Part shown: positions 28,601-40,866 of the stretch, piece after piece
Layout of the letters: every line of letters begins with the position of its first letter
Numbering within the stretch: the stretch's first letter is position 1
Source of the DNA: Nannocystis radixulma
Lineage (GTDB): Bacteria > Myxococcota_A > Polyangia > Nannocystales > Nannocystaceae
NCBI RefSeq assembly: GCF_028369095.1
Contig: NZ_JAQNDN010000024.1
Span: 153,350 to 217,349, forward strand
Reading direction: 5' to 3'
DNA length: 64,000 nt
Program-made: the position numbers and the translations under genes
Notes under the pieces: model-generated
The model's input: the letters and a program-made list of their open reading frames with translations, nothing else
What the model was told of the DNA's origin: nothing
Databases searched by the model: none

Positions 28601-29518
28601 GCAGACAGGTCCTCGCGGACAGGCACGCCGGCCGGCATCGAGGCGCTGAAGCCGGCCGCAGCTGGTGCCGCGGACAGGTCCGCGGGGACAGCCCCGGCGA
28701 AGGCTCCTGGGGCTGGCCTGACGGACAGGTCCCCCGGGACAGCTGGGCCCGGTGCACCCGCCGGCACGAAGCCGGCAGGCGCGCCGGCCGCTGCGAGCGG
28801 AGCGATTGCTGGGAAGTCGACGCCGGCCCCGGGTGTGAACCGGCCGGCGACGAGCGGACCGGCGAGCGCGGCGAAGCCGGAGACGCCTGCAGGTGCGAGC
28901 GGGGGAGCCGCAAGCGCGAGCCCGACGACCGGTGCCTCGACGGGCACGAGCGCGTCGAAGACGCCCGCGGCAGGCCCGGGCACCACTCCGGCGAAGTCCA
29001 GTACCGCGTCGGGCCCGGGCGCGACGAAGCCCGCGTCGTCGACGAGCGCGACGCCAGGCGGTGCAACTGCAAAGGCCGCCGAACCGGCCAGGCCGGCGAG
29101 CGCTGGTACTTCGGGTATGTCCTCGGGAGCAGGTAGCAAGACGGCGCCCGCAAGCGCCGCGACCGGCGGTCCCAAGTCGGCCGCGGTGCCCGCTGCTGCC
29201 GCGCCCACGAGCGCGACGACGGCGACCACCCCGGCAGCCGCGAGCGTTCCGGCGCCCGAGCCCCCGGCGGCTCCTGCGGAGGCGCCTCCCGCTTCCGCCG
29301 CCGAGCCGACGCCGGTCCCGGCGCCGAAGCCGATCTTCGAGCCGCTCGGACCGGTCGGTACCAGCGCACGCCCGCGGGGCAAGTCGGCGCTGTTCGACAT
29401 CCCCGGACCGGGCGCGGGCGGCCTGGTGCCGCGCCCCTCGGGCGCGAAGCGCCCGGCGTCGGAGCCGAACGACGCAGCCAAGCCGACGAGCAGCGACCCG
29501 GCCGACAAGAAGGCCTGA
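25640..29518 (+). CDS. Ser/Thr protein kinase with a C-terminal low-complexity tail of about 1000 aa rich in P/A/G/S/T; start is probably at 25667 or 25688
   Basis: Kinase motifs IGGMASVYAA, HRDIKPANIF, DFGLA, SYIAPE. Tail repeats such as PAQGQPAVG and SGPAKAA. The frame has no stop up to 29518. Confidence 0.65.
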   Translation: MVGGSSTRFLSEAQGRVGRWLRNKWHLDGLIAIGGMASVYAATHRNGNRAALKVLHTLFLRNEQARRRFLREGYAANSVGHRNAVHVLDDDITEEGDVYLVMELLEGESLEGRLERLGQLPPMAVLEMTDALLEVLAAAHSKGILHRDIKPANIFLCRDGSVKLLDFGLARVRELSAEALDQSDGIVFGTVSYIAPEQARADNENLDARSDLWSIAATIFRALSGETVFPAVGPVIERLLAVARTPARSLATLRPDLPRPLIELVDRALAFEPVARWPSANVMRVVVQDVLNQLSEQDDWEEPSASPLRPVVAPTASGPRPKTDPMAGSFRPRSLPAPPPPVQKSPARVSGPFANLADGTGGEEFEINVDETLRNKALAAGGGPSASVSETPKGRSRTLLTREGRAELRKILEERRSSLGIPERPADRPESKPVKAAEPVKSEEEIAEELEWERLRAAAVAASAPAPAPESASEPDEPEIDQDAAAAETIAAAAAEDEEPLAESGSYPSEGTEAGEGEAGEGEGDEGGYAEVEEFDEAEVDELEDGEPDPNEDTVQMTMPAELPVPESVRAAQAAGSSGHVGSDMSRGAGPLGPVPGVVRPGPLPPGASGPLPVAARPAGQTVVGPAPLPPGVSGPAPRAGLGTATPGLARGASGPVPATPAAPRQPLGTGLSGPVPTASRPPTQGPPPGVGVSGPVPGARPATPAQGQPAVGIPGLGARPAAPAQGQPAVGAPGPARPATPAQGQPIVGVSPATPARGQPAVAPGLAGGTGTSEPVPAGTSAPVGSSPAAPRGGPVPGQGTPATGRTFVPPGGSLPTRPAAEPTGAGKPGEAPRWSSPTAGRPPLGLGTTVSAAAGRSGSGPVPAASDAPQSASAAGRSEPSKAAAGGSIGQASARPASGPAKAASGPAKAASAVAGPAAPPPSASGPAKAAGVGAPSVSGPAKAASAGTAGAMKPAGMTDRSPGTAAQAGPGAGGSSPSAAAAGPADRSSRTGTPAGIEALKPAAAGAADRSAGTAPAKAPGAGLTDRSPGTAGPGAPAGTKPAGAPAAASGAIAGKSTPAPGVNRPATSGPASAAKPETPAGASGGAASASPTTGASTGTSASKTPAAGPGTTPAKSSTASGPGATKPASSTSATPGGATAKAAEPARPASAGTSGMSSGAGSKTAPASAATGGPKSAAVPAAAAPTSATTATTPAAASVPAPEPPAAPAEAPPASAAEPTPVPAPKPIFEPLGPVGTSARPRGKSALFDIPGPGAGGLVPRPSGAKRPASEPNDAAKPTSSDPADKKA

Positions 29519-29930
29519 TCCGCTGCGGATCGACCGACGCCGAACCTGGCCGCGACGCCAGGTCCGGCGCTGCCGATGGGTCGAGGTCGGAGCTCGATCG
29601 CCTGTAGCGAGCGATCGAGCTCGGCCTGGCGCGGTCGAAGTCGCGGGCGCCTTCCGCTCGCCGGACAGGAAGCACTCGGTCGATGACGGCGCGAGCCGGC
29701 CCGAAGCCGGATCTGCCAGGCAGGTACGGGCGTTGGCCTTCGCCGAGCCGTCGTGCGGCGATCTGTCCGAAGCGTCAGGCCGTTACGGGCGCACGTCTCC
29801 GTCGAGACGTCGTCTGGCGACCCCGCCGCCGACCTGTCCGAAGCGCCAGGTCACTCCGGGATCTGGGCGCCCGCGGATCCCCGACGACCTGTCCCAAAGA
29901 GCAGCCCGACGCGACGCGTCGTCGGTCGCA

Positions 29931-29965
29931 GAAAAGAGAAAAGCCCGCTCCCTGACGGGGCGGGC
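29931..29965 (-). terminator. intrinsic terminator downstream of the tRNA (agcccgc-cccgtcaggga-gcgggct then UUUCUCUUUUCU on the minus strand)
   Basis: GC-rich hairpin followed by a U-rich tract, directly 3' of the tRNA on the minus strand. Confidence 0.55.
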
Positions 29966-30042
<77 letters not shown>

Positions 30043-30311
30043 GACGAAGGGGCCACGCTCGTACCCGATCTGTGCGGCGATCGTCAACCGCAAAGCTCAA
30101 GGGTCGGGTGGGCATGGCGTTATTTCCCCGAAGTCATGCGGATGCGCCAGCGCAGTGAGTCAGCGCAAAGGTCGCGCCGTGGGCGCGCCCGGCTCCAGGG
30201 CTTCAGATCTTGCATCTCCGCGTGCTAAGCGAACTTGCGAGCTTTCCGGCAGCCGTGACGACGCCGCGTCGCCGCGCGCCCCGCCGGCAGCTGCGCAAAA
30301 GGAGTTTCGTG

Positions 30312-31490
<1,179 letters not shown>

Positions 31491-31528
31491 ACTTTCGAGC
31501 ATGACCTCTAGGACACCGGAGATCGGAC

Positions 31529-32425
<897 letters not shown>

Positions 32426-32431
32426 GCGGCC

Positions 32432-33226
32432 ATGCTCGGCACCGACACGCTTCTCGTCACCGACGACGCTGGCGTCCTCGTCGTCACCATCAACCGGCCC
32501 AAGGCGCTGAACGCCCTCAACCAGGCGGTGATCGCCGGCCTGCAGCACGTGCTCGACGAGGCGGCCGAGGCCGCCCGCGCCGGCCGGGTGCGCGCGCTGG
32601 TGCTGACCGGCGCCGGCGAGAAAGCGTTCGTCGCCGGGGCCGACATCGCGGCGATGGCCGACATGTCCGTTGGGACAGCCCGCGAGTTCGCCCGCAGCGG
32701 CCACGCCGTCGGCGACGCGCTGGCCTCGCTGCCGATCCCGACGATCGCCGCCGTCAACGGCTTCGCGCTCGGCGGCGGCTGCGAGCTGGCGCTGGCCTGC
32801 GACTTCATCTACGCCGCGGAGAACGCCAAGTTCGGTCAGCCCGAGGTCAAGCTCGGCGTGATCCCCGGCTTCGGCGGGACCCAGCGGCTGGCCCGCCGCG
32901 TCGGCCTGGCCCGCGCGATCGAGCTGTGCCTCACCGGCGACACCATCGACGCCGCCGAGGCGGCGCGGATCGGCCTGGCCAACCGCGTGCTGCCGGCGGC
33001 CGAGCTGCTGCCGGCGACGATCGCCACCGCCCGCAAGATCGCCGAGATGGGCCCCGTGGCCGTCGCCGAGGCCAAGCGGGTGCTGTACGCCGGCGCCGGC
33101 CTGCCGCTTTCGCAGGCCAACGCGCTCGAGGTCGAGGCGTTCGCCGGGCTGTTCGACACCGCCGATCAGAAGGAGGGCATGGCGGCCTTCCTCGGCAAGC
33201 GCAAGCCCGAGTTCAAGGGCCAGTGA
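32432..33226 (+). CDS. enoyl-CoA hydratase (crotonase)
   Basis: Crotonase fold with catalytic Glu residues (AAVNGFALGGGCELALACD, FGQPEVKLGVIPGFGGTQRL). Confidence 0.85.
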   Translation: MLGTDTLLVTDDAGVLVVTINRPKALNALNQAVIAGLQHVLDEAAEAARAGRVRALVLTGAGEKAFVAGADIAAMADMSVGTAREFARSGHAVGDALASLPIPTIAAVNGFALGGGCELALACDFIYAAENAKFGQPEVKLGVIPGFGGTQRLARRVGLARAIELCLTGDTIDAAEAARIGLANRVLPAAELLPATIATARKIAEMGPVAVAEAKRVLYAGAGLPLSQANALEVEAFAGLFDTADQKEGMAAFLGKRKPEFKGQ

Positions 33227-33245
33227 GAAGGGGAGCGAGAGCGCG

Positions 33246-34391
<1,146 letters not shown>

Positions 34392-34461
34392 CCGCCGGGC
34401 TCCGGCGCGCTATCATGCCCCGGATCGCCCCGGCTCCCCCACGAGCCTCCCGAGGAACCAC

Positions 34462-35008
34462 CATGCGAACCACGACCGTGATCCTGCTCGCCGCCGCCCT
34501 CGCCGGCCCGGGGTGTGCCAAGCGCCACCTCAACAAGATGGACAACAACGAGGACGCCATGTACGCCGAGTACACCAAGACGGAGTACGACAAGGACATG
34601 GTGAAGTCCGAGGAGGGCCTCGACGAGTACGACCGCACCACGCAGGCCGCCGTCTCGCCGAAGACCCTCGCGTCGATCCAGGACACCATGGAGAGCGTGT
34701 ACGAGCGCGACTTCGGCCGCTGCCTGCAGCGCGACATGGAGGCCTACGAGAACCGCTGGATCGCCGGCACCTTCTCGGTCGAGGTGACCATCGCCACCAG
34801 CGGCAAGGTGGTCAAGGTCAACATGCCGGCCGAGGACATCAAGGAGCGCCGGCCGCCCAAGGGCGTGCCGAAGGACAAGTTCCAGCCGCGCGAGGCCAAG
34901 CTGTTCGCCCCCTGCGTCGAGGAGTCGGCCTTCAAGTGGGAGTTCGACCCGGCGCCCGAGGTCGAGTACGTCTACACGTACACCGGCAAGGTCGGCGAGG
35001 CCTACTGA
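34462..35008 (+). CDS. hypothetical lipoprotein embedded in the beta-oxidation operon
   Basis: ATG at 34462. Signal/lipobox ILLAAALAGPGC. Charged globular domain of 182 aa. Confidence 0.55.
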
Positions 35009-35022
35009 GTCGTCTGCCCGGA

Positions 35023-35076
35023 GGAGCATGTCCTTCGGGCCATTCCTTTTCGGGCATGTCCTTCGGGGCATGCCCT
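35023..35076. repeat. 14-bp-period CATG repeat array, 4 units (gagcatgtcc / ggccattcct / gggcatgtcc / gggcatgccc, each followed by ttcg)
   Basis: Read from the sequence. Confidence 0.75.
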
Positions 35077-35089
35077 TCGAGACACCACG

Positions 35090-36253
35090 ATGATCGACTT
35101 CACCCCGACCGAGAGCCAGGAGCTCATCGTCGCCACCGCGCGGCAGTTCGCCCAGCGCACGTTGGCGCCGCGGGCGGCCGAGCTCGACGTCACGGGCGGG
35201 TTCCCGCGCGAGAGCCTGACCGAGGCGGCGCAGCTCGGGCTGCTCGGCATCAACGTGCCGGAGCGGCTCGGCGGGGTCGAGGCCGGGGCGGTCGCCTACG
35301 CCCTGGCGGTCATCGAGCTGGCGCGGGCGTGCGCCGGCACCACGGTGGCGATGACGGTCAGCAACATGGTGGCCGAGGTCGTCACCAAATTCGGCACGCC
35401 GGAGCAGCAGGAGGAGCACGTGCCGCGGCTGTGCTCGGGCGAGTACGTGGTCGGCGGGTTCGCCCTGTCGGAGGCCGGCGCCGGCAGCGACCCGGCCGGC
35501 ATGCGCACGCGGGCCACGCCGAACGGCCGCGGCTGGGTGCTGAGCGGGCAGAAGCTGTGGATCACGAGCGGCACCGACGCCGGGCTGTTCGTGGTGTGGG
35601 CGCGCACCAGCGACGCCCCCGGCTCGCAGGGCATCAGCGCCTTCCTGGTCCGCGGCGACGCGCCGGGGCTGGTCCGCGGCAAGCCGGAGCACAAGACCGG
35701 GCAGCACGCGAGCACCACCACGCCGCTCGAGTTCAACGACGTCGAGCTCGGGCCCGAGGCGCTGCTCGGCGAGGTCGGCAAGGGCTTTCGCGTGGCGATG
35801 ATGGCGCTCGACGGCGGCCGGATCGGCATCGCCGGCCTGGCGCTCGGCTGCGGCCTGGCCGCCACCGACTTCGCCCGCGGCTACGCGCTCGAGCGGCAGC
35901 AGTTCGGCAGCCCGATCGCCGACTACCAGGCGATCCAGTGGATGCTCGCCGACAGCGCCACCGAGCTCGAGGCGGCCCGTTTGCTCACGCTGCGCGCCGC
36001 CTGGCTCAAAGAACAGGGCCGATCCTTCTCGCAGGAGGCGTCGATGGCCAAGCTGGCGGCCAGCGAGCGCGGCTGGGCCGCCTGCGACCGGGCCGTGCAG
36101 ATCCTCGGCGGTTTCGGCTATACCCGTGAATTCCCGGTCGAGCGCTACCTCCGCGACGTCCGCGTGACCCGCATCTTCGAGGGCACCAGCGAGATCCAGC
36201 GCATCGTCATCAGCCGCGAGATCGCCCGTCGCTTCGCTCGCGTCGCCGGCTAG
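35090..36253 (+). CDS. acyl-CoA dehydrogenase (second paralog)
   Basis: ACAD domains; ends ..RIFEGTSEIQRIVIS. Confidence 0.85.
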   Translation: MIDFTPTESQELIVATARQFAQRTLAPRAAELDVTGGFPRESLTEAAQLGLLGINVPERLGGVEAGAVAYALAVIELARACAGTTVAMTVSNMVAEVVTKFGTPEQQEEHVPRLCSGEYVVGGFALSEAGAGSDPAGMRTRATPNGRGWVLSGQKLWITSGTDAGLFVVWARTSDAPGSQGISAFLVRGDAPGLVRGKPEHKTGQHASTTTPLEFNDVELGPEALLGEVGKGFRVAMMALDGGRIGIAGLALGCGLAATDFARGYALERQQFGSPIADYQAIQWMLADSATELEAARLLTLRAAWLKEQGRSFSQEASMAKLAASERGWAACDRAVQILGGFGYTREFPVERYLRDVRVTRIFEGTSEIQRIVISREIARRFARVAG

Positions 36254-36302
36254 CACTGCTAGGCTGAGGACGCACGCGACGCAGCAGCACCACGAAAGCA
36301 CC

Positions 36303-36899
36303 ATGGCCCAAGTCCCGCCCCAGATGCCCTTCGACCTCAGCAAGCTCCCGCCCGACGCGATGAGCCTGATGAAGAAGGAGATGCAGCGGCGCTTCTCGCT
36401 GTTCCTCGTCGGCGCCGTGGTCGTCATCGTCGGCCTGTTCGTCAACGGGCCGCCGGTCTACCTGCCCACGGTGGTGATGGTCGGCGGCGGCGCGCTGGCG
36501 ATCCTCGGCCTGTTCGGCCTGGCCCGCGGAGCCGGCTGCTTCGCCATCGTCCTGTTCTTCTTCTGGCTCGGCGCGGTCGCCTGCGGCGTGTCGCGCGGGT
36601 CCGATCCGACGGTCTACATCCTCGGCCTCGGGGCCCTCGGCTTCGCGCTGCTGGCCCAGTTCGCGCCCAAGCCCAAGGCCACCGGCCCGCTCGCCAACCT
36701 GCAGGCGGCGATGCAGGCGATGCAGCAGGCCCAGCAACAGGCCCAGCAGCAGGGTCGCGGCGGCCCCGGTGGTCCGGCAGGCGGTGGCGGCCCGGGCTTC
36801 GGCAGCTTCCCGTTCGCGCAGATGGGCGACGGCAAGCAGCGGCCGGCGCGCGAGCGGGTCATCGATGTCAACGCCGAAGAGACCAAGAAGAAGAAGTGA
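36303..36899 (+). CDS. hypothetical membrane protein with Q/G-rich C-terminus
   Basis: Three or four hydrophobic helices, then QAMQQAQQQAQQQGRGGPGGPAGGGGPG. Its stop overlaps the next gene's start (GTGATGA). Confidence 0.45.
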   Translation: MAQVPPQMPFDLSKLPPDAMSLMKKEMQRRFSLFLVGAVVVIVGLFVNGPPVYLPTVVMVGGGALAILGLFGLARGAGCFAIVLFFFWLGAVACGVSRGSDPTVYILGLGALGFALLAQFAPKPKATGPLANLQAAMQAMQQAQQQAQQQGRGGPGGPAGGGGPGFGSFPFAQMGDGKQRPARERVIDVNAEETKKKK

Positions 36900-38266
36900 T
36901 GAAGACGACCGAGGCCAAGGAGGCCGCGGCCGGCGAGCCCGTCGAGATCCGCGGGATCGCCCACGGCGGCGAGGGTGTCGGCCGGGCGGTGGGCGAGGGC
37001 GCCGACACGCGCACATGGCTGGTCGAAGGGGCATTGCCCGGAGAACAGGTCCTTGCGGTCAGGTCGGAGGAGCGCCGGCGGATGATCCGTGGGCGCACCT
37101 TGCAGGTGCTGACGGCCAGCCCCGACCGCGTCGTGCCCCCGTGCCCGGTCGAGGGCGTGTGCGGCGGCTGCGGCCTGCAGCACGCGCGGGCGGCCGCGCA
37201 GGCCGAGCTCAAGCGCCAGATCGCCGAGGGCGCGCTGCGCCGGCTCGGGATCGCGGTGCCGCAGGCCCTGGCGAGCCCGCGGGCGCTCGGCTACCGCCGG
37301 CGCGCCCGCCTGCACGTCGAGCGCGTCGGCGACGCGCTACGGCTCGGCCTGCACCGCCGGCAGTCGCACGACGTCCTCGACCTCGCGCACTGCCCCGTGT
37401 TCGACGCCCCGCTCAACCACGCGCTGGCGCGCCTGCACGCGCTGGCCGGCGCGGGCGGGGCGTTCGCGCAGGTGCTGCGGCTGCTGCGGCGCGGCGAGCT
37501 GCACCTGCTGTCCGACGGCGCCGCGGTGGTGGTCGGGATCCCCGGCCTCGCGCCGCGCGAGGGTGACGACGGCGAGGCGGGCCTGCGGGCCGCGCTGGGC
37601 GAGGCGCTCGACAGCGTGGTCGTCGGCGTGATCGCCCGCGGCGGGCGGCGCGAGTTGGTGGTCGGGCGCGGGCGCCTGGCGCTGGCCGATGCTGGCCCCG
37701 AGGACATGGCCATTCCGACAGGTCCCTTCGAGTTCGCGCAGGCCCAGGCGGCGCAGAACCAGGTCCTGGTCGAGCGGGTGGTCGCGCTGGCCGACGCGCG
37801 CGGCGGCCAGGTGCTCGAGCTGTTCGCCGGCGGCGGCAACTTCACGCGCGCGCTGGCCCGCGAGGCCGCCGAGGTGGTCGCGGTCGAGGACGATCGCGGC
37901 TCGGCGGCGGCGCTGCTGCGCCTGGCCAAAAAGACAGGTGCCAGCCGACAGGCGAAGGTCGAGGTGCGCCGGCTCGACGCCACGCGGGCGCTGGTCCGCT
38001 ACGCCGCCGAGGGCCGCGGCTTCGACCGCGTGGTGCTCGACCCACCCCGCGCCGGCCTCGGCCTGCAGGGGGCGCGGGCGCTGGCCCAGGTGGCCCGCGG
38101 GCGCACGGTGTTCGTCGCCTGCGACCCGGCCACGCTGGCCCGCGACCTCGAGCCGCTGCTGGAGGCCGGTCACCGCGCCAGCGCGGCGCTGGCGATCGAC
38201 ATGATGCCGATGACGCCGGAGGTCGAGGTGATCGTGGCCCTGGATGCCCCGAGGGACAGGTCATGA
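36896..38266 (+). CDS. TRAM-domain 23S rRNA (uracil-C5)-methyltransferase, RumA/RlmD family
   Basis: N-terminal TRAM domain, 4Fe-4S Cys cluster (CPVEGVCGGCGLQH), SAM-MTase motifs (LELFAGGGNFT, VLDPPRAGL), and catalytic Cys in FVACDPATLARD. Confidence 0.75.
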   Translation: MMKTTEAKEAAAGEPVEIRGIAHGGEGVGRAVGEGADTRTWLVEGALPGEQVLAVRSEERRRMIRGRTLQVLTASPDRVVPPCPVEGVCGGCGLQHARAAAQAELKRQIAEGALRRLGIAVPQALASPRALGYRRRARLHVERVGDALRLGLHRRQSHDVLDLAHCPVFDAPLNHALARLHALAGAGGAFAQVLRLLRRGELHLLSDGAAVVVGIPGLAPREGDDGEAGLRAALGEALDSVVVGVIARGGRRELVVGRGRLALADAGPEDMAIPTGPFEFAQAQAAQNQVLVERVVALADARGGQVLELFAGGGNFTRALAREAAEVVAVEDDRGSAAALLRLAKKTGASRQAKVEVRRLDATRALVRYAAEGRGFDRVVLDPPRAGLGLQGARALAQVARGRTVFVACDPATLARDLEPLLEAGHRASAALAIDMMPMTPEVEVIVALDAPRDRS

Positions 38267-39339
38267 GCGACGACGTCCGCGCGCTCGAGCGAGCGATCGC
38301 GGCCGGCAAGCTCGACCCGGTGTACGTGCTGTACGGCGACGAGCCGGCGGCGATCCGGGCGGTCATCACGGCGCTGCGCAAGGTCGTGGTCCCGCCCGAC
38401 GACCCGACCGCGCAGGCGATGGCGGCCTTCAACCACGAGCGCTTCGACGGCGTCGACCTCAGCGGCGCCGGGCCGGTGCTGTCGGCCTGTGCCCAGATCC
38501 CGATGATGAGCAAGTGGCGGCTGGTCGAGCTCGCCAACCCCGACGACCTCGGCAAGGGCCCCGAGGCCGAGAGCACCGCGGCGGCGGCGATGGACGCGCT
38601 CGCGGCCTACATCAAGGCGCCGAGCCCGAGCTCGGTGCTGGTGATCAGCGGCGGCGGCATCGACGGCCGCTCGAAGCTGGTGAGCGCCTGCAAGGCGAAC
38701 GGGTGGGCCCACAAGTTCGAGGCGTACAAGCGCGACGACGAGGCGGTCGGGTTCGTCGTCGGCGAGGCGCAGGCGCAGGGCCGCAAGATCAGCCGCGACG
38801 CCGCGGCCGCGCTGGTGGCCTCCGTGGGCACCGGGCGCAGCGAATTGCTGGGGGCCCTCGAGCAGGCGCTGCTGCACGCCGGCGACGGCCCGGTCGGGCT
38901 CGCCGACGTCGAGGCGATCGTGGCGCATACCCGCGAGGCGCGGATCTTCGACCTCACCGACGCCGTCGGGCGCGGCGAGGCCAGCGCTGCCCTGGCCGTG
39001 CTGGCGCGCATGTTCGCCGCGGGCGAGAAGGACGCCGGCGTGTCGATGCAGGTGCTGGCGATGCTCACGCGGCAGATCCGCCTGATCTTCACCGCCAAGG
39101 TCAACCCGGGGCGGGTGGCCGAGGCGACCAAGCTGCCGCCGTTCCTGGTGCGCGGGCTAGAGGCCCAGGCGCGCGGGTTCAGCGAGCCGCGCCTGCGCTC
39201 GGCCTACGCCGCGCTGGTCCGCCTCGACCAGGACCTCAAGGGCGGCTCGCACGTCGCCTACGCCTCGCCGTACATGGCGCTGCAGCGGTGGATCCTCGAC
39301 ACCTGCCGGGCTCTGCCGGGCGTCGACGCGCGCACGTGA
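38263..39339 (+). CDS. holA: DNA polymerase III subunit delta
   Basis: HolA-like N-terminus (VYVLYGDEP) and length. Its ATGA start overlaps the methyltransferase stop. Confidence 0.7.
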   Translation: MSDDVRALERAIAAGKLDPVYVLYGDEPAAIRAVITALRKVVVPPDDPTAQAMAAFNHERFDGVDLSGAGPVLSACAQIPMMSKWRLVELANPDDLGKGPEAESTAAAAMDALAAYIKAPSPSSVLVISGGGIDGRSKLVSACKANGWAHKFEAYKRDDEAVGFVVGEAQAQGRKISRDAAAALVASVGTGRSELLGALEQALLHAGDGPVGLADVEAIVAHTREARIFDLTDAVGRGEASAALAVLARMFAAGEKDAGVSMQVLAMLTRQIRLIFTAKVNPGRVAEATKLPPFLVRGLEAQARGFSEPRLRSAYAALVRLDQDLKGGSHVAYASPYMALQRWILDTCRALPGVDART

Positions 39340-39438
39340 GCGCGTGAACTCGAACCTGTCTCCACGGACAGGAAGTGAGCGACCCGTGGGCGGCCGGTCG
39401 GCGTGCTAGCGTCCTGCCGCAACCAAGGAGTGCTCGTG

Positions 39439-40050
39439 ATGCGCACGTTCTCGTTCCTCGCCGCGATCGCGGCGGCGTCGTTCATCGGCTGCGACTCGAA
39501 GCCCGCCGCGGAGGCGGAGCAGAAGGCCGCCGCGCCCGCCGTGACCGCGCCGGCGACGGCGGTGTCGGTCAAGCCGGGCGAGGTCGACGTCAAGGCCGGG
39601 CCGGTCGGCGTGGAGGTCCGGCCCGGCGACGTCAAGATCAGCGGCACCGAGGTCGGCGACGTCACGGTCAACGCGAAGGGCGTCAAGGCCGGCGAGGTCG
39701 AGGTCGGGGCCGACGGCACGATCAAGCTGCCGGGCGGCGCAGTGCAGCTCGGCGCGCTCGCCGACGGCGACGAGGAGGCCAGGCCGGCCGGCGGCAAGGA
39801 CTGCCCCGACGGCGCCTGCGTGCAGACGTGCAGTGGCGGCGCCTGCGAGCACACCTGCGCCGGCGGCTCGTGCACGCAGACCTGCGAGGCCGGCGCGACC
39901 TGCAAGTTCACCTGCGGCGGCGGGACGTGCAGCCAGACGTGCAAGGCCGGCTCCGACTGCGACCTGACCTGCTCGGGCGGGGTCTGCTCGCGCAGCTGCG
40001 ACGGCGCGAAGTGCAAGAAGACCTGCTCGGGCGGGACCTGCAGCGGCTGA
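39439..40050 (+). CDS. lipoprotein with C-terminal octad Cys repeats (about 9 copies of C-x(3)-C-x(2)-T/S, GG(A/T)C..TC)
   Basis: Signal MRTFSFLAAIAAASFIGC, an Ala/Val/Gly-rich spacer, then CPDGACVQTCSGGACEHTCAGGSCTQTCEAGATCKFTCGGGTCSQTCKAGSDCDLTCSGGVCSRSCDGAKCKKTCSGGTCSG. Confidence 0.6.
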   Translation: MRTFSFLAAIAAASFIGCDSKPAAEAEQKAAAPAVTAPATAVSVKPGEVDVKAGPVGVEVRPGDVKISGTEVGDVTVNAKGVKAGEVEVGADGTIKLPGGAVQLGALADGDEEARPAGGKDCPDGACVQTCSGGACEHTCAGGSCTQTCEAGATCKFTCGGGTCSQTCKAGSDCDLTCSGGVCSRSCDGAKCKKTCSGGTCSG

Positions 40051-40104
40051 AGGCAGGCGCGCCGGGGCGACATGTCCTCGGCGACAGGCCCGAACGCACA
40101 TGCA

Positions 40105-40138
40105 CGAACGGGCAGGTCCCAAGGAACCTGCCCGTTCG
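40105..40138. terminator. 13-bp-stem hairpin (cgaacgggcaggt-cccaagga-acctgcccgttcg) between convergent genes; putative bidirectional terminator
   Basis: Perfect inverted repeat read from the sequence. It sits between the stops at 40050 (+) and 40151 (-). There is no clear U-tract. Confidence 0.45.
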
Positions 40139-40150
40139 CTCAGGCGCGGC

Positions 40151-40660
40151 TCAGATGCCCTTGGTGATCAGCCAGGAGTCGCCCTCGCGGATCAGCTCGA
40201 ACTTGGCGTAGTCCTGCTTGGGCACCACGCGCGGCGGGAAGCGGGGCATGCCGTCCTCGCCGAGGATCGGCTTGAGGCGGAAGGTCGCGTCGATCCACAC
40301 GTTCACGGTGGCGCGGTCGCGGCGCATGTAGATGTCGAGGTACTCGATGGTGAAGCGGACCGACTCGAGCTGGGCGATCCGGCGGCGGAGGATCGGGCCG
40401 AGCTCCTCGTAGACGATGTCGTCGCTGGGGTCGTCGGTGCCGGACTCGTCGTAGTAGGTCGGGTGGGCGGTGGCGAGGATGCCGGCCGGGTCCTGGCGCA
40501 CGAAGCTGGTCCGGAAGCGCTCGATGACCTGCAGGATCTCGCGGTTGTCGGGCGTGTCGGGGATCTCGGTCCCCGGGATGATCGTGGTGTTCTTGCAGCC
40601 GAGGGCGGCGGGCGCGGCGAGCACCGTGGCGAGTGCGAGGGCGAGAGAGCGTCCGGGCAT
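40151..40660 (-). CDS. lipoprotein, NTF2/SnoaL-like fold candidate
   Basis: Signal/lipobox LALALATVLAAPAALGC followed by a 150-aa globular domain. Confidence 0.55.
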   Translation of the reverse strand: MPGRSLALALATVLAAPAALGCKNTTIIPGTEIPDTPDNREILQVIERFRTSFVRQDPAGILATAHPTYYDESGTDDPSDDIVYEELGPILRRRIAQLESVRFTIEYLDIYMRRDRATVNVWIDATFRLKPILGEDGMPRFPPRVVPKQDYAKFELIREGDSWLITKGI

Positions 40661-40866
40661 GGGTCGATCGAGGCGCATTGTGCAAGCACGCGGCCACGCG
40701 CGCCAGCTTTCAAAGTCGCTTCTTGGAACAAGGACTTAGCGCACGGCTTGGGAGCACGGCCAGGGGGCCTTGCGTGCCAATTTGGCACGCCGGGCACGAC
40801 CGGCGTGCCAGCGCGTCCCGTCGCGGCGACAGGTCGTCCACACGTCCGGACGGCTATCATCGCGCG

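Noticed and set aside
22249-29508. Long ORFs antisense or offset to the histidine kinase and kinases (22249-25359 +, 25610-27919 -, 27157-29508 -, 28239-29675 -)
   Set aside because: They overlap genes with clear catalytic motifs on the other strand or frame. Their translations are dominated by R/G/A/P and lack domain signatures.
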